Source: Chiloscyllium plagiosum (Eukaryota). From it: a stretch of DNA of 32,056 nucleotides. This document shows positions 1 through 11,435 of the stretch, piece by piece. Location: assembly GCF_004010195.1 (NCBI RefSeq), contig NW_025215092.1, positions 9,197-41,252 of the forward strand. Reading direction: 5' to 3'. Position numbers and translations under genes: made by a program. Position 1 is the stretch's first letter. Each line of letters starts with the position of its first letter. The notes beneath the pieces are model-generated. The model ran no database searches, had not been told where the DNA came from, and saw only the letters and a list, made by a program, of their open reading frames with translations.

Positions 1-507
1 ATTGGGGAGTGCTCCATCACACTCGACACTTACGCCTGGTAGACCCTGAGTGTTTTTAAAGCTCCACCCATCCAGCTAATGGGGGGTGCAGCATCACACT
101 CAGGGCTTGTACCTGGTTGACACTGAGTGTTGTTAAAACTGCGTCCATCCAGCTAATGGGGAGTGCTCCAAAACACTCAGGACTTGCACCTGGTAGGCTC
201 TGAGTATTGTTAAAGCTGCGTCCATCCAGCTTATTGGGGAGTGCTCCATCACACTCGACACTTACGCCTGGTAGACCCTGAGTGTTTTTAAAGCTCCACC
301 CATCCAGCTAATGGGGAGTGCAGCATCACACTCAGGGCTTGTACCTGGTTGACACTGAGTGTTGTTAAAACTGCGTCCATCCAGCTAATGGGGAGTGCTC
401 CAAAACACTCAGGACTTGCACCTGGTAGGCTCTGAGTATTGTTAAAGCTGCGTCCATCCAGCTTATTGGGGAGTGCTCCATCACACTCGGGACTTGTACC
501 TGGTAGA
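1..507. repeat. Tandem repeat, ~77-bp monomer in a 232-bp (3-mer) higher-order repeat; runs off the left edge
   Basis: ATTGGGGAGTGCTCCATCACACTCG starts at 1, 233 and 465 (period 232); each period holds three diverged 77-78 bp subunits. Confidence 0.95.
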
Positions 508-610
508 TCATTCATAGCATTTGGGAAATCAGGCCTCCCTAGCCTCTGACCTTCTCTTATAGCCAACTGTGTTTATGTAGTGACTCCAGCTGAATTTCTG
601 GTTCATGAAA
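433..610 (-). mobile_element. Decayed non-LTR retrotransposon (CR1/L2-group LINE) ORF2 fragment, source of the 77-bp repeat
   Basis: Minus strand from 508 reads IYQVQVPSVMEHSPISWMDAALTILR, matching the post-RT LINE motif LY..VR..LEY...W (compare LYKTLVLPHLEYCVQFW at 31575-32048). The right flank resembles the same shark LINE as I recall it. Confidence 0.65.
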
Positions 611-859
611 ATAAAGCAGCCAGTTTATCAGGCATGTGTCTAAGCAGTTTTGTTCCTCATCCTGATGTAGTAAATTGCTTTCAACTCCTGTATAACTTTG
701 GTCTTGTCCTTTAAAGTTCTGACAGATTAATTGTTGTCTCTTTCTGGTTTGTAACAGTTTACTCTTTGTTGATTCAATCAATTCATGAACAGTTATCAAA
801 GTTCTGATGTTTATTAGACCATTATGAAAACACTAAATCTTCTTCAACAGTACCTCGCA

Positions 860-1185
860 AATTCATGACCTCGAGCACCTGGAAGAACAAGGGCAGCAGA
901 TGTATGGAAACACCATCAAATGCAAGTTCTCTTTCATGGGAGATTTTAATGTGACTTGGTAGTCTCTCGTAATTCCATTACTATTGCTGGGTAAAAATTT
1001 TGCAACTCTCCCCCCCAAAACATTATGGAGATTACTGTAACCCAGTGAAGGAGGATGTTCTCAAAGCCAGGTCTCCAGCCCCAACACAAAGCCAGGTCTC
1101 CAGCCCCATCACAAAGGGGAGTAGAGCCAGATAAGGAATGCTGGCCTGGCAGTTAAAGCTCAAATTACATGAACAATTTTAGAAA
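860..1185 (+). mobile_element. Highly decayed LINE 3' end (CR1/L2 group)
   Basis: Remnants AGAACAAGGGCAGCAGATG..GGAAACACCA..TGCAAGTTC and AATGCTGGCCTGGCAG..CATGAACAA resemble a recalled shark LINE 3' region. CAAAGCCAGGTCTCCAGCCCC is locally duplicated (1062 and 1087). Confidence 0.5.
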
Positions 1186-1285
1186 TAATAACAATTCCCA
1201 AAACTGCAAGATATTTCTGAAAGTGAGAAGTGATTAGTATTGAAATGAGTGTCTCGTATGGCAGAGAACAGGAAACAGACAAATG

Positions 1286-1718
1286 TAGAAAATAGGTGTG
1301 GGAGTGGACCATTCGGCATTCTGGGCATGCTCCACCATTCCATACGATCATGACAGATCATGCAATCTCAATATCCCATTCACACTATTCCTCCAAACCC
1401 GTTGATCCCTTTAGTCGCAAAGGCCACGTCCAGTTCCCTTTTTAATATGTCTAACGAATTGGCCCTAACCGCTTGCTGAGGTAGAGAATCTGACAGGGAA
1501 TATTCCTCATCACAAGCGCGAATGGCGTGCACCTTATTCTTAAACTGTACCCCATCCCCCGGTTCTGGACATCCCCAACATTCCGATCAATCTTACCACA
1601 TCTAGCCTGTCCAGTCCCATCAGGATTTTATATGTTTCTATGAGATGCCCCCTCATTCCTATAAATTCCAGCGAATACAAACCCAATCGATCCATATAGC
1701 ACACCTGCCATTCCAGGA
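1286..1718 (-). mobile_element. CR1 LINE 3' fragment, older copy
   Basis: ORF 1540..1737 gives RLGLYSLEF..MRGHLIETYKILMGLDRLD, the CR1 ORF2 C-terminus; 3' UTR remnant toward 1286. Confidence 0.85.
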
Positions 1719-1721
1719 ATC

Positions 1722-1965
1722 GATAGACAATAGACAATAGGTGCAGGAGTAGGCGATTCAGCCCTTCGAGCCTGCACCGCCATTCAATATGATCATGGCT
1801 GATATTCCTAATCCGTATCCTCTTCCTGCCTTACCTCCATAACCCTTCATTCCACTATCTTTGAGAGCTCCATCTAACTCTTTCTTAAATGAATCCAGAG
1901 ACTGGGGCTCCACTGCCCTCTGGGGCAGAGCATTCCACACAGCCACCACTCTCTGAGTGAAGACG
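1722..1965 (-). mobile_element. Younger 5'-truncated CR1 3' end with (TCTATTG)n tail
   Basis: ATAGACAATAGACAATAG tail; ORF VAVWNALPQRAVE..SLDSFKKELD..LKDSGMKGYG. Confidence 0.9.
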
Positions 1966-1989
1966 TTGCATCTCGCCTTTTCCTAAACT

Positions 1990-2420
1990 GCCATCATTCA
2001 GGTAATAACCTTTCTTTCTGTTTTTGTGACCAAAGTGATAATCTCATACATTTTCCACATTATATTGCATTTAAAATGTATTTGCCCTCTCAGCCAGTTC
2101 TGCATCTTCCTCACAGCTCACACTGCCACCCAACTCATTGTCATCAGCAAATTTGGAGACATTTCATTCAATTCATTCGTCCATATTGTTAATGTATATT
2201 CTGAACAGCAGTAAATCCTGCAAATCCCACTCATCATTACCTACAACACTGAAAAGGACATGTTTATTCCAACCCTCTGTTTCCTGTCTGTCAACCAGTT
2301 CTCTAATACACTGCCTCTACACATCAATACACTGCCTCTGATTCAATGTACTTTAATTTTCTTGACTAATTTCATGTGTCAAAAACCTTTTCAAATTCCA
2401 AATACACAACATTACAGACT
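1990..2420 (-). mobile_element. Decayed CR1 RT-region fragment
   Basis: Degenerate reverse-strand RT segments (GTCATCAGCAAATTTGGAGA reads SKFADD on the minus strand). Confidence 0.6.
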
Positions 2421-2749
2421 CATCCCTGTCACCCAAACGAGAAACATCCACGGTGAAAGGTTGGATATTTGGTGTTGAGGTTTTGCCGAATTCAGCCATC
2501 AGCTATTATAGTGAATAATCTTTGTTTTCTCAAGTCAAATGAGTTTCCCAACTCCTGCTGGTCTCAACACCAGAAGACAGATGCTTTTACCTCGGTTGTC
2601 AGTGTTGGGTATCGGACTATGTGTCTTACTCCAGGAAATCACACCAAATCTTACCTTAAAACATGGGACAATTCTGGCAATCTCTTGTTTATAACAATGG
2701 ACTCAGTGTGGGGATAATTAATTCTAGGGAGTGGCCTAAATAAATGGAG

Positions 2750-3038
2750 AATCCATCTGTACCACGCAGTGGGCTATACAGAATTGTTGTGGATCTGGAC
2801 ACATATAAGCCAGGCCAGGTAAGGATGATCTTCCTGAAAGGATATTAATGAATGAGATTGGTTTTTCCCAACAATTGACAAACATTGCATCATGCATCAT
2901 GAACATGAGACTCTTAAATCCAGTTTATAATTGAATTGAAATTCCACTATCTATCAGCACAGAATCCAACTCCCAGAATGTCACCTGGAGGTCTGAATTA
3001 CTCGTCCAGATATTAGACCATTAGGCTGTTGTCTCCTC
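2750..3038 (-). mobile_element. Decayed tRNA-derived SINE
   Basis: Reverse complement begins GGAGACAACAGCCTAATGGT (A-box-like); the body matches a common shark SINE as I recall it. Confidence 0.55.
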
Positions 3039-3107
3039 TAACCTTTAACGAGGCGATATTTGGGTCTCATGAAAAAACTTTGGCACAATTCTGGTGATTC
3101 TAGTTGG

Positions 3108-3547
3108 AAGATTGGATCGACTGGACTTGTATACCCTTGAGTTTAGAAGACTGAGAGGGGATCTGATTGAGACGTATAAGATTATTAAAGGATTGGATAC
3201 TCTGGAGGCAGGAAGCATGTTTCCGCTGATAGGTGAGTCCCGAACCAGAGGACACAGTTTAAAAATAAGGGGTAGGCCATTAGGAACAGAGTTGTGGAGA
3301 AACTTCTTCACCCAGAGAGTGGTGAGTGTGTGGAAATTTCTGCCTCAGAAGGCTGTGGAGGCCAGTTCTCTGAATACCTTCAAGAAAGACTTGGATAGAG
3401 CTCTTAAGGATAGTGGAATCAAGAGTTATGTGTATAAAGCAGGAACATGATACTGATTGAGGATAATCAGCCATGATCATAATGAATGGTGGTGCTGGCT
3501 CGAAGGGCAGAATGGCCTACTCCTGCATCTATTGTCTATTGTCTATT
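3108..3547 (+). mobile_element. CR1 LINE 3' end, 5'-truncated, with (CTATTGT)n tail
   Basis: ORF 3094..3450 RLDLYTLEFRRLRGDLIETYKI..TRGHSLKI..RNFFTQRVVSVW; tail CTATTGTCTATTGTCTATT. Confidence 0.95.
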
Positions 3548-4465
3548 ATCTCCACAGATAGTGCCAATTGAACGATGGGGTTTTTGAGCCCCAGTGTGTG
3601 CGCCGAATCTGAGAGGAGGCTCTCCATTCACAAGGAACGGGCCGAGGAAAGGAGATTGGGAATGTGAGCCTGGACATCAGACAGGAAGCTTTGTTTAATC
3701 CCAGATAAGGAGTCTGATTTCTGAGCCAGAAAGTTGCAATTACCAATGCTGTATGGATTCAGACTTTATTTGGTTGGCAGCTGTTTCGTACAGTGTTAGA
3801 ACGATACAGAGAGTCCATGCCAAATATTGAAGTTCTTCTGATTGCGCTGGATCCAACCTGGGGCATGGTGGTTGGATTCACGACAGAATATTTCCATGGT
3901 TCAAATTGTCAGGATGTTAAAGAAAGAAACTCAGTTTCCGACCATTTGTTCATCTATATTGTGGAGGCCATGAATTTGTGGACATTGTGGAGTGATTGAA
4001 TGCCAATATACTGCAGATCATATAATGTGGTGTCCACTTCTGCGGCAATCTGTACTATGGAGGCTCCAAAACCGAATGCAGGAATTTTGCAATCAATGCC
4101 TATGTCAGATGTCTCCCATTCTATGTTTTACAAATTCCTAATTTTTTTGTGTGAATCTTATTGTCTTATGGGAAACTCCATCCAATGTGGGTATCCTAAA
4201 AGCAAAATAAATCAATACAAGCCTCAAAAATGCATTGAGATGGTGACAATACTTCTGAGAGTAATCTGCTGCTCATGTTCTCCCCTGTGTCTTTTTAAAA
4301 GTGCAAATGGGAGGGTTTGTTGCTCTGGGTCAGATTCTTTAAACTTCATTTGACATGGTACAGCAATTATCTTTGCTTGAAAATCCATCACTTTTCGTCT
4401 GCGCTCAGACACAGAATGTTTAATCAGTGACTTCATGTCTCTTTGTCCCTTTCTCTCTCTTACAG

Positions 4466-5373
4466 TTAGTCTAGTGGCGATTGTATTTTTAGCCAAGGCA
4501 AGTGTGGAATTTCTACATGCACTACTCGTTACCTGGTGGCCATGGCAACATCAGATCTACTATTCATTGCTTTTGATGTCATCCTTGATCGGTTTAGTTT
4601 CTATTATTACCGACGGTGTTTCCTGGATATCACTCCTGTTTGTAGTGTTATCTATGCCGTGAATCGTGTGACCATTGATTGTTCTGTCTGGTTCACTGCA
4701 GCTTTTATTTTTGATCGATTTGTTGCCATTTGTTTTCATCAGATGAGAGCTAACTATTGCACAGAGAAAACTGCAATCAGAGTTCTAGCAACAATCTGCA
4801 TTTTCTTTTCTTTAAAGAACATTCCCATCTACTTTCGATTTAAACCTGGAACGATCAGTAACAACATTCCATGGTACTGTTCTTCAAGCAATAGTTATTC
4901 TAAGGACAGTCGGTGGATAAGTTTTAAATATCTTGAAAGATTTTTAACACCACTTTTCCCATTCATTTTTATTCTCTTTATCAACATTCTGACTGTCAGA
5001 CACATCTTCGAAGCCATTAAGGTGCGTAAGGGTCTGAGGGCTCAGAGAAAATTAGAGGAGGATCGAGAGGTAGAGAACAGAAGGAAATCTGTGATTTTAC
5101 TCTTTACCATATCCGCCATCTTCATCCTTCTCTGGTTGGGGTATATTTTATACTTCTTTAAGGCTGGTTATTCGTTGGATTCCACTGCTAGTGATCTCTT
5201 TCTACAAGTTGCATTAATGTTGCGGAACCTAAGTTGCTGCACAAATGCATGTGATTTCGCTGAAAAAATTCAGAGATCAGTTAAAGTATGCAGTGAAATA
5301 TCCAGTTCTAAAAATAATTCAATTGGTGAATAAATCCAAGCTACAGAGAGCCAACATTAGTTGCAGCAGGTAA
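4466..5373 (+). pseudogene. Class A GPCR main exon (GPR139/GPR142-like family expanded in cartilaginous fish), two frameshifts
   Basis: Acceptor ttctctctcttacag|4466 (phase 1). Motifs YLVAMATSDLL, VWFTAAFIFDRFVAIC, YCTEKTA, PWYC, LTPLFPF..NILTVRHI, RRKSVILLFTIS..FILLW, LSCCTN. Frameshifts at ~4486-4490 and ~5250; the family-type C-terminus KFRDQLKYAVKYP lies in another frame, ending at TAA 5371-5373. Confidence 0.85.
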
Positions 5374-5661
5374 TGGAAGGAAGAGTCCATGTGAGGAATT
5401 GAGTGAAAAGAGGAGGAGCAGCTGCATGATAACACACCTTTTCTATTGGACAAGGAATGACTCCATCGGAGAAGTAAAATGAAACAAACTGCAGGAGCAA
5501 AGCCAGTTTAAAGTGCTGTTGTCAAGAAACAACTGTTCATAGAGAGCTGAACAACAAAAGCATAACTGAAATAGGAATTAGACATGCCCAGACAGAAAGA
5601 AAACAAATCCAAGCAACCAGGTCTCTGAATGACTGGATCCAAAAATAAAAGATGTGGAGGA

Positions 5662-6285
5662 AAGTACAAAGTTAAAAACCCGGGTTATAGTCCAACAGGT
5701 TTAACTAGCAACATTAACTTTCGGAGCACTGCTCCTTCATCCGGTGGTTGTGGAGTACACATTTGTAAGACACAGAATTTACGGCAAACGTTTACAGTGT
5801 GATGTAACAGAAATTTTATCTTGAAAAATACCTTGGTTGTTTGTTAAGGCTCTCATCTGTTATAATGACCATGACAGTTTCACTTCTTTAATATGTTAAT
5901 CACAAAACAATTTTAAAAATTACATGATCAAGTGAACTTTAACAATTGATGTCAGCCCAGATAATGTATTGAAGGTGTTAGCCCCCGTGTGCTGCTGTCT
6001 GTGCCATACTATTTAGACTAATTCTAATCTAAAAAATGAATTAACGGAATCTTACATGAATTCATGCAGTTTTTGATCAAAGTACAACGTAACTCTCAAA
6101 GTACAAATTCACACCACAAATATGTGTGTGTGCGTCTGTCTGTCTGTCTGGGGTGGGCGGTTGAGAGTGTCTGTGAAAGAGAGTATGTGTGCGTGTGTGT
6201 GAGAGAGAGAGAGTGTGTAAAGGGGTCTAAGTCTGTGAAAAGGGTGCATGCGTGATTGTGGGAATGTGTGTGTCTGTAGGAATGA
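5662..6285 (-). mobile_element. Penelope-like element 3' region/terminal repeat with degenerate (TG)/(GA) microsatellite
   Basis: Minus strand contains CCACCGGATGAAGGAGCAGTGCTCCGAAAGTTA..AAACCTGTTGGACTATAACC, a PLE end motif as I recall it. Confidence 0.65.
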
Positions 6286-6291
6286 ACCTAT

Positions 6292-6980
6292 AATCCTACC
6301 TAGCCACTCTCCCCTACGTCAAAGACATATCTGAAATGACTGTAAGACTACTCAGACCCCTTGGCATCATGATAGCTCACAAATTCACCAACGCACTAAA
6401 CCAGCAGCTAATGAACTTGAAAGCACTTATATAGACAATGAGCCAAAATAACGTTAGTTACGAATTAACATGCAAGGATTGTAACAAAAAATACATTGAC
6501 AAGCAGGCAGAAAACTAGCCACGAGGATACATGAATACCAACAAGCCAAAGAAAGACATGACCCTCTCTCAGTAGTATCCTCACATATGGATGAGGAAGG
6601 ACACAACTTCGATTGGGACAATACATCCATCCAAGGACAAGCCAAACAAAGACATGCACGATAATTCCTAGGAGCATGATGTTCCAAAAAAGAATTCTAT
6701 CAACAAACTCATCGAGTTCGACCCCATCTACCACGCCCTGAGAAAAAGAACAGGAAGTGACTTCACCACAGGAAATAACATCACCAAAGCAAATGACATC
6801 ACCAACAAAAAAAACCCAAACATATAAGTTAAAAGCAGGAAGTTTCAGCGTTGCTCTGCACAAATTCCACTGAAGGTGTCACCTAGTAATGTAATGAAAC
6901 GTCTGAAAATGAACCTATCAGCTCAGCAAGCAAACCTACATCTAAAACCTCAACCTGAGCTACAAATCTTCTCCAAACTA
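6292..6980 (+). mobile_element. Penelope-like element 3' part with decayed GIY-YIG endonuclease and terminal repeat
   Basis: Translates TLPYVKDISEMTVRLLRPLGI..NNVSYELTCKDCNKKYI/QAGRKLATRIHEYQ (GIY-YIG, one frameshift), followed by the 3' terminal segment. Confidence 0.85.
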
Positions 6981-7354
6981 GTGTAAATCTTGTTTTATAA
7001 AATCTCAATCAGAGTATTCGATGTTCTGCTGTCATATAAATGTTAACAGCTGGTTTGTTCGCAAAATAAATACCAGATTTCATAGAATTAAGTCAAATGA
7101 AATGGCAGTTAATAATGCAGAAACAGTAGCATGTCTGACAATCGTGTATCACTGAGCTGTTTACACTTTTGCAAACACAAACAACCGTCCACTCCGTTCT
7201 TCTGATTACCCAGCTCCTTCTCCTAATAAAGATGCTCCATAAAATCAATCTTTTTGAATAAGTTATTCTTACCAGATCTAATACCATCTTCGATGGCTCA
7301 ACATAAACTCTATTTAATTTCATATGATGAAGATCTTCCTAAGTAGGTTTCTAG

Positions 7355-8697
7355 AGAAACAGGTTTGAAAAACATGGAAAAAGATCCCCTTAGTTCAACT
7401 CATCCATGCCAAACAGATATTCTGATCTAATCTAATCCCATTTACCAGTACTTGGCCCATGCCCCTCTCAATCCTTTCAATTCACATATCTCTCCAGATG
7501 CTTTTTTAATGCTATAATTCTACCAGCCTCCATCACCTCCTCTGGCATCTCATTCCGTACATGCAACACCCTCTGTGCGAAAATGTTGCCCATCAGTTTC
7601 CCTTTTAAATCTTTCATCTATCACCTTTCAATCACATCATTGAGTTTTTGACTTCTCTCCACTGGGAAAGACTGTCCATTTCTGCTTTGCTTGGTTCTCA
7701 TGATTTTATAAAGTTTTCAGGTCACCTCTCAGCCTCTGACACTGCAGGGAAAACGACCCCAGCCTTGTCTCAAATCCTACAATCCCAGCAACATCATTGG
7801 AAATATTTTCTGAAAACCTTCATGTTTAACAACATGGTTCATATAGCAGAGAGAGCAGAGCTGAATGCACCTCACGTTTACCTAAATTAAGCACCATCTG
7901 CCACTCCTCGGCATATTAGCCCAGCTGATCAACATCCCGTTGTTACTCTGAGGTAACCTTCTTCACCCCTGTTTAAAGATTATATAAGTATTTCGATTAG
8001 GGGCCTACAATGTTCTGGGATACACTTGATCAGTTTTTGGAGATTTATCTGTCTTTATGTTTTCTAGGACCTCCAGTACTTCCACTTCTGCCATGTGAAC
8101 GGTTTTAAGAACATGTATTTCCGAGTTCTCTAACACCCATTTCTTTCTTAACAGTCACAACAGACACAATATATTTGTTTGCTGTCTCTCTCATCTCATA
8201 AGGATTAACGTAAAGACAATCTCATTTATCTTTAAAAGGTCCTATTCTCTCTCAGTTCTCTCTCTTGCTTTTCAATTATTTGAGAATCTTTTCTAGATTG
8301 TATTTAACCTTATCTGCCAAGCCTATCTCATTCGATCTTTGCCTTCCTGATTTCCTTCTTAAGAATACCCCTACACTTTTTATACTCTTCCAGACATTCA
8401 GTTGATCGCAATTGTCACTGAGAACTTTAATATCTTAATTTATCCGTTCTTCACTAATCTTACCAAACTTGACATTCACTCAAATAGGAACATAATGCTT
8501 CTGAACTCTCCTTATCATATGATTGAAAGCCTTCTATTTGTTAGTCATTATTTTTCCTGCAAACAGTTTACTCGGATCAACTATTCAAGCACATTTTTAA
8601 TACCCTTAAAATGTGCCATTTTCCAATTAAGATCTTTAACTCTTATAGAAGACTTATTCTTTTCCATAACTGTTCTATAACTAATAGAATTATGATC
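7355..8697 (-). mobile_element. Old, internally deleted CR1 LINE
   Basis: Collinear but more diverged match to the adjacent CR1 at 8698-11152, from the 3' UTR to the EN/RT linker. Confidence 0.75.
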
Positions 8698-11152
8698 ATA
8701 GACTCATAGAGATGTATAGCATAGAAACAGACCCTTTGGTCCCACCCGTCCATGCTGACCAGATATCCCAACCCAATCTAATCCCACCTACCATCACCCG
8801 ACACATATCCCTCGAAAACCCTCCCTATTCATATACCCATCCAAATGTCTCTTAAATGGTGCAATTGTACCAGGCACCACCACTTCCTCTCGCAGCACAA
8901 CCACCCTCTGCGTGAAAAGGTTGCCTCTTGGGTCACTTTTATATCTTTCCCTTCTCATACTAAACCTATGCCCCCTCCTTCTGGACTCCCCTACCCCATT
9001 GAAAAGACTTGAGGAGAAAGTGAGGTCTGCAGATGCTGGAGATCAGAGCTGAAAATGTGTTGCTGGAAAGGCGCAGCAGGTCAGTTGCCTCTTGGGTCAC
9101 TTTTATATCTTTCCCTTCTCATACTAAACCTATGCCCTCTCCTTCTGGACTCCCCTACCCCATTGAAAAGACTACCTATTTATCCTATCCATGCCTCTCA
9201 TAATTTTGTAAACCTCTATAAGGTCACTCCTCAGCCTCTGACACTCCAAGGGAACCAGCCCCAGCACGTTCAGCTTCTCCCTTTAGCTCAAATCCTCCAA
9301 CCCTGGCAACATCATTGTCAATCTTTTCTGAACTCTTTCAAGTTTCACAACATCTTTCCGATATGAAGGAGACCGTAATTACACACAATATTCCAAAAGT
9401 GGCCTAACCAATGTTCCGTACAGCCGCAACATGACCTCCCAGCTCCTGGACTCAATACTCTGACTAATAAAGGAAAGTATACCAAACACCTTCTTCACTA
9501 TCCTATCTACCTGCAACTCCACTTTCAAGGACCTATGAACCTGCAGTCCAAGGTCTTGTTCCGCAATACTCCAGAGGACTTTACCGTTAAGTGTATAAGT
9601 CCTGCTAAGATTTGTTTTCCCAAAATGCAGTACCTCGCATTTATCTTAATTAAACCCCAGCTGCCACTTCTCAGCCCAATGTTCCATCTGGTCCAGATCC
9701 TATTGTAATCATAGGTAACCCTCTTCGCTGGCCACTACACCTCCAATTTTGGTGTCATTTGCAATCTTACTAATTATACCTCATATGCCCATATTATATT
9801 ACATAAGTTATGAATACTGGTGGACCCAGCACGATCCTTGTGGCACTCCACTGATCACAGGCCTGAGAAACGACCCTGCACCACTACCATCTATCTTCTA
9901 CCTTTGTGCCAGTTCTATATCCAAATGGCTAGTTTTCCCTGCATTTCCTGAGATCTAAACTTGCTAACCAGTCTCCCATGGGGAACCTTGTTGAATGACT
10001 TCCTGAAGTCCATATAGATCTCGCATACCACTGTGCCATCATCAATCCTCTTCGTTACTTCTTCAAAAAACTCAATCAAGTTTGTGAGACATGATTTCCC
10101 ACGCACTGAGACATGTTGACTATCCCTAATCAGTCCTTGCCTTTCCAAATACATGTACATCCTGTCCTGCATGATTCTCTCAAACAACTTGCCCACCACA
10201 GACGTTAGGGTCACTGGTCTATAATTCCCTGGCTTGTCCTTACCTTTCTTCTTTAACAGTGGCACCACGGCAGCAAACCTTCAATCTTCTGAGACTTCGC
10301 CTGTGGCTATTGATGATACAAATATCTCAGCAAGAAGCCCAGTAATCACCTCCCTGGCTTCCCACAGAGTTCCAGGTTACACTTGATCAGGTCCTGGGGA
10401 TTTATAGACCTTTATGTGTTTCAAGACGTCCAGCACTTCCTCCTCTGTAATATGGCGATTTTTCAAGTTGTCACCATCAATTTCCCTTCATTCTATATCT
10501 TCCATGTCCTTTTCCACAGTAAATACTGATGCAAGGTACTCGTTTACTGTCTGCCCTATCTCCTGCGGCTCCACAAAAAGGACACCTTGCTGATTTTTGA
10601 ATGACCCTATTTTCACTTTTGTCCTTAATGTATTTGTAAAAACCCTTTATATTCCCCTTAATACTACTTGTCAAAGATATTTCATGCCCCCTTTTTCCCT
10701 TCATGATTCCCTCTTAAGTATACTCCTACTGCCTTTATACTCTTCTCAGGATTCACTCGATCTATCCTCTCTATACTCGACATATGCGTCCTTCTTTTTC
10801 TTTACCAAACCCTCAACTTCTTTAGTCATCCAGCATTCCCTACACCTACCAGTCTTTCCTTTCACCCGAACAGGAATACGCTTTTTCCTGGATACTCTTT
10901 ATCTCATTTCTGAAGGCTTCCCATTTTCCAGCCGTCCCTTTACCTGCAAACACCTGCCCCGTATCAGGTTTTGAAAGTTCTTGCCTAATACCGTCAAAAT
11001 TGGCCTTTCTCCAATTTAGAACTTCTACTTCTAGATCTGGTCTATCCTTTTCCATCATTATTTTAAATCTAATAGAATTATAGTCGCTGGACCCAAAGTA
11101 TTCCCCCACTGGCACATCAGTTACCTGGCCTGCCTTATTTCGCAAGACAAGT
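8698..11152 (-). mobile_element. CR1 LINE ORF2 fragment (end of endonuclease, RT, 3' UTR), inactive
   Basis: ORFs PGNYRPVTLTSVVGKLFE..GKSCLTNLIEFFEEVT..IYMDFRKSFNKVPH and VGEYFGSSDYNSIRF; tail ATAGACTCATAGA; multiple stops. Confidence 0.95.
9010..9084 (-). mobile_element. Short PLE terminal-repeat fragment inserted in CR1
   Basis: GAGGAGAAAGTGAGGTCTGCAGATGCTGGAGATCAGAGCTGAAAATGTG.. nearly identical to 28134-28205; flanked by an ~89-bp direct duplication. Confidence 0.85.
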
Positions 11153-11237
11153 TTGGCTGGCATAGTGGATGAGTATATAGCGCTGCTACCTCAAAATGAA
11201 AGTGTCCTGGATTTGATTTTACCTTGGTTGAAATTCA

Positions 11238-11435
11238 CAGTCATAGATTCAGAGATGTGCAGCATGGAAACAGACCATTCGGTCCAACTCGTCCATGCTG
11301 ACAAGATATCCCAACCCAACCTAGTCCCACCTGCCAGCACCTGGCCCATATCCATCCAAACCCTTCCTATTCATATATACATCCAAATGCCTCTTAAATA
11401 TTGCAAATGTACCAGCCTCCACCACTTCCTCTGGC
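11238..11435 (-). mobile_element. CR1 3' end fragment
   Basis: ORF LPEEVVEAGTFAIFKRHLDVYMNRKGLDGYGP plus 3' UTR. Confidence 0.9.

Noticed and set aside
1..507. 77-nt multi-hairpin monomer as a tRNA-like RNA or ribozyme
   Set aside because: No tRNA boxes or hammerhead core on either strand; LINE coding origin explains the sequence.
557..799. 80-aa minus-strand ORF
   Set aside because: No recognisable motif, non-ATG start, and it runs into LINE-derived sequence.
3793..3999. C..C-like/DHLF..LW segment suggesting an L1/Tx1 zinc-binding domain
   Set aside because: Too degenerate to support without an alignment.
7273..7338. Possible 66-bp minus-strand exon (EDLHHMKLNRVYVEPSKMVLDL, donor CTG|GTAAGA)
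   Set aside because: Acceptor region overlaps a CR1 end; no recognisable protein or partner exon.
11156..11230. Possible tRNA gene
   Set aside because: At best a decayed SINE head; boxes are broken and there is no cloverleaf.
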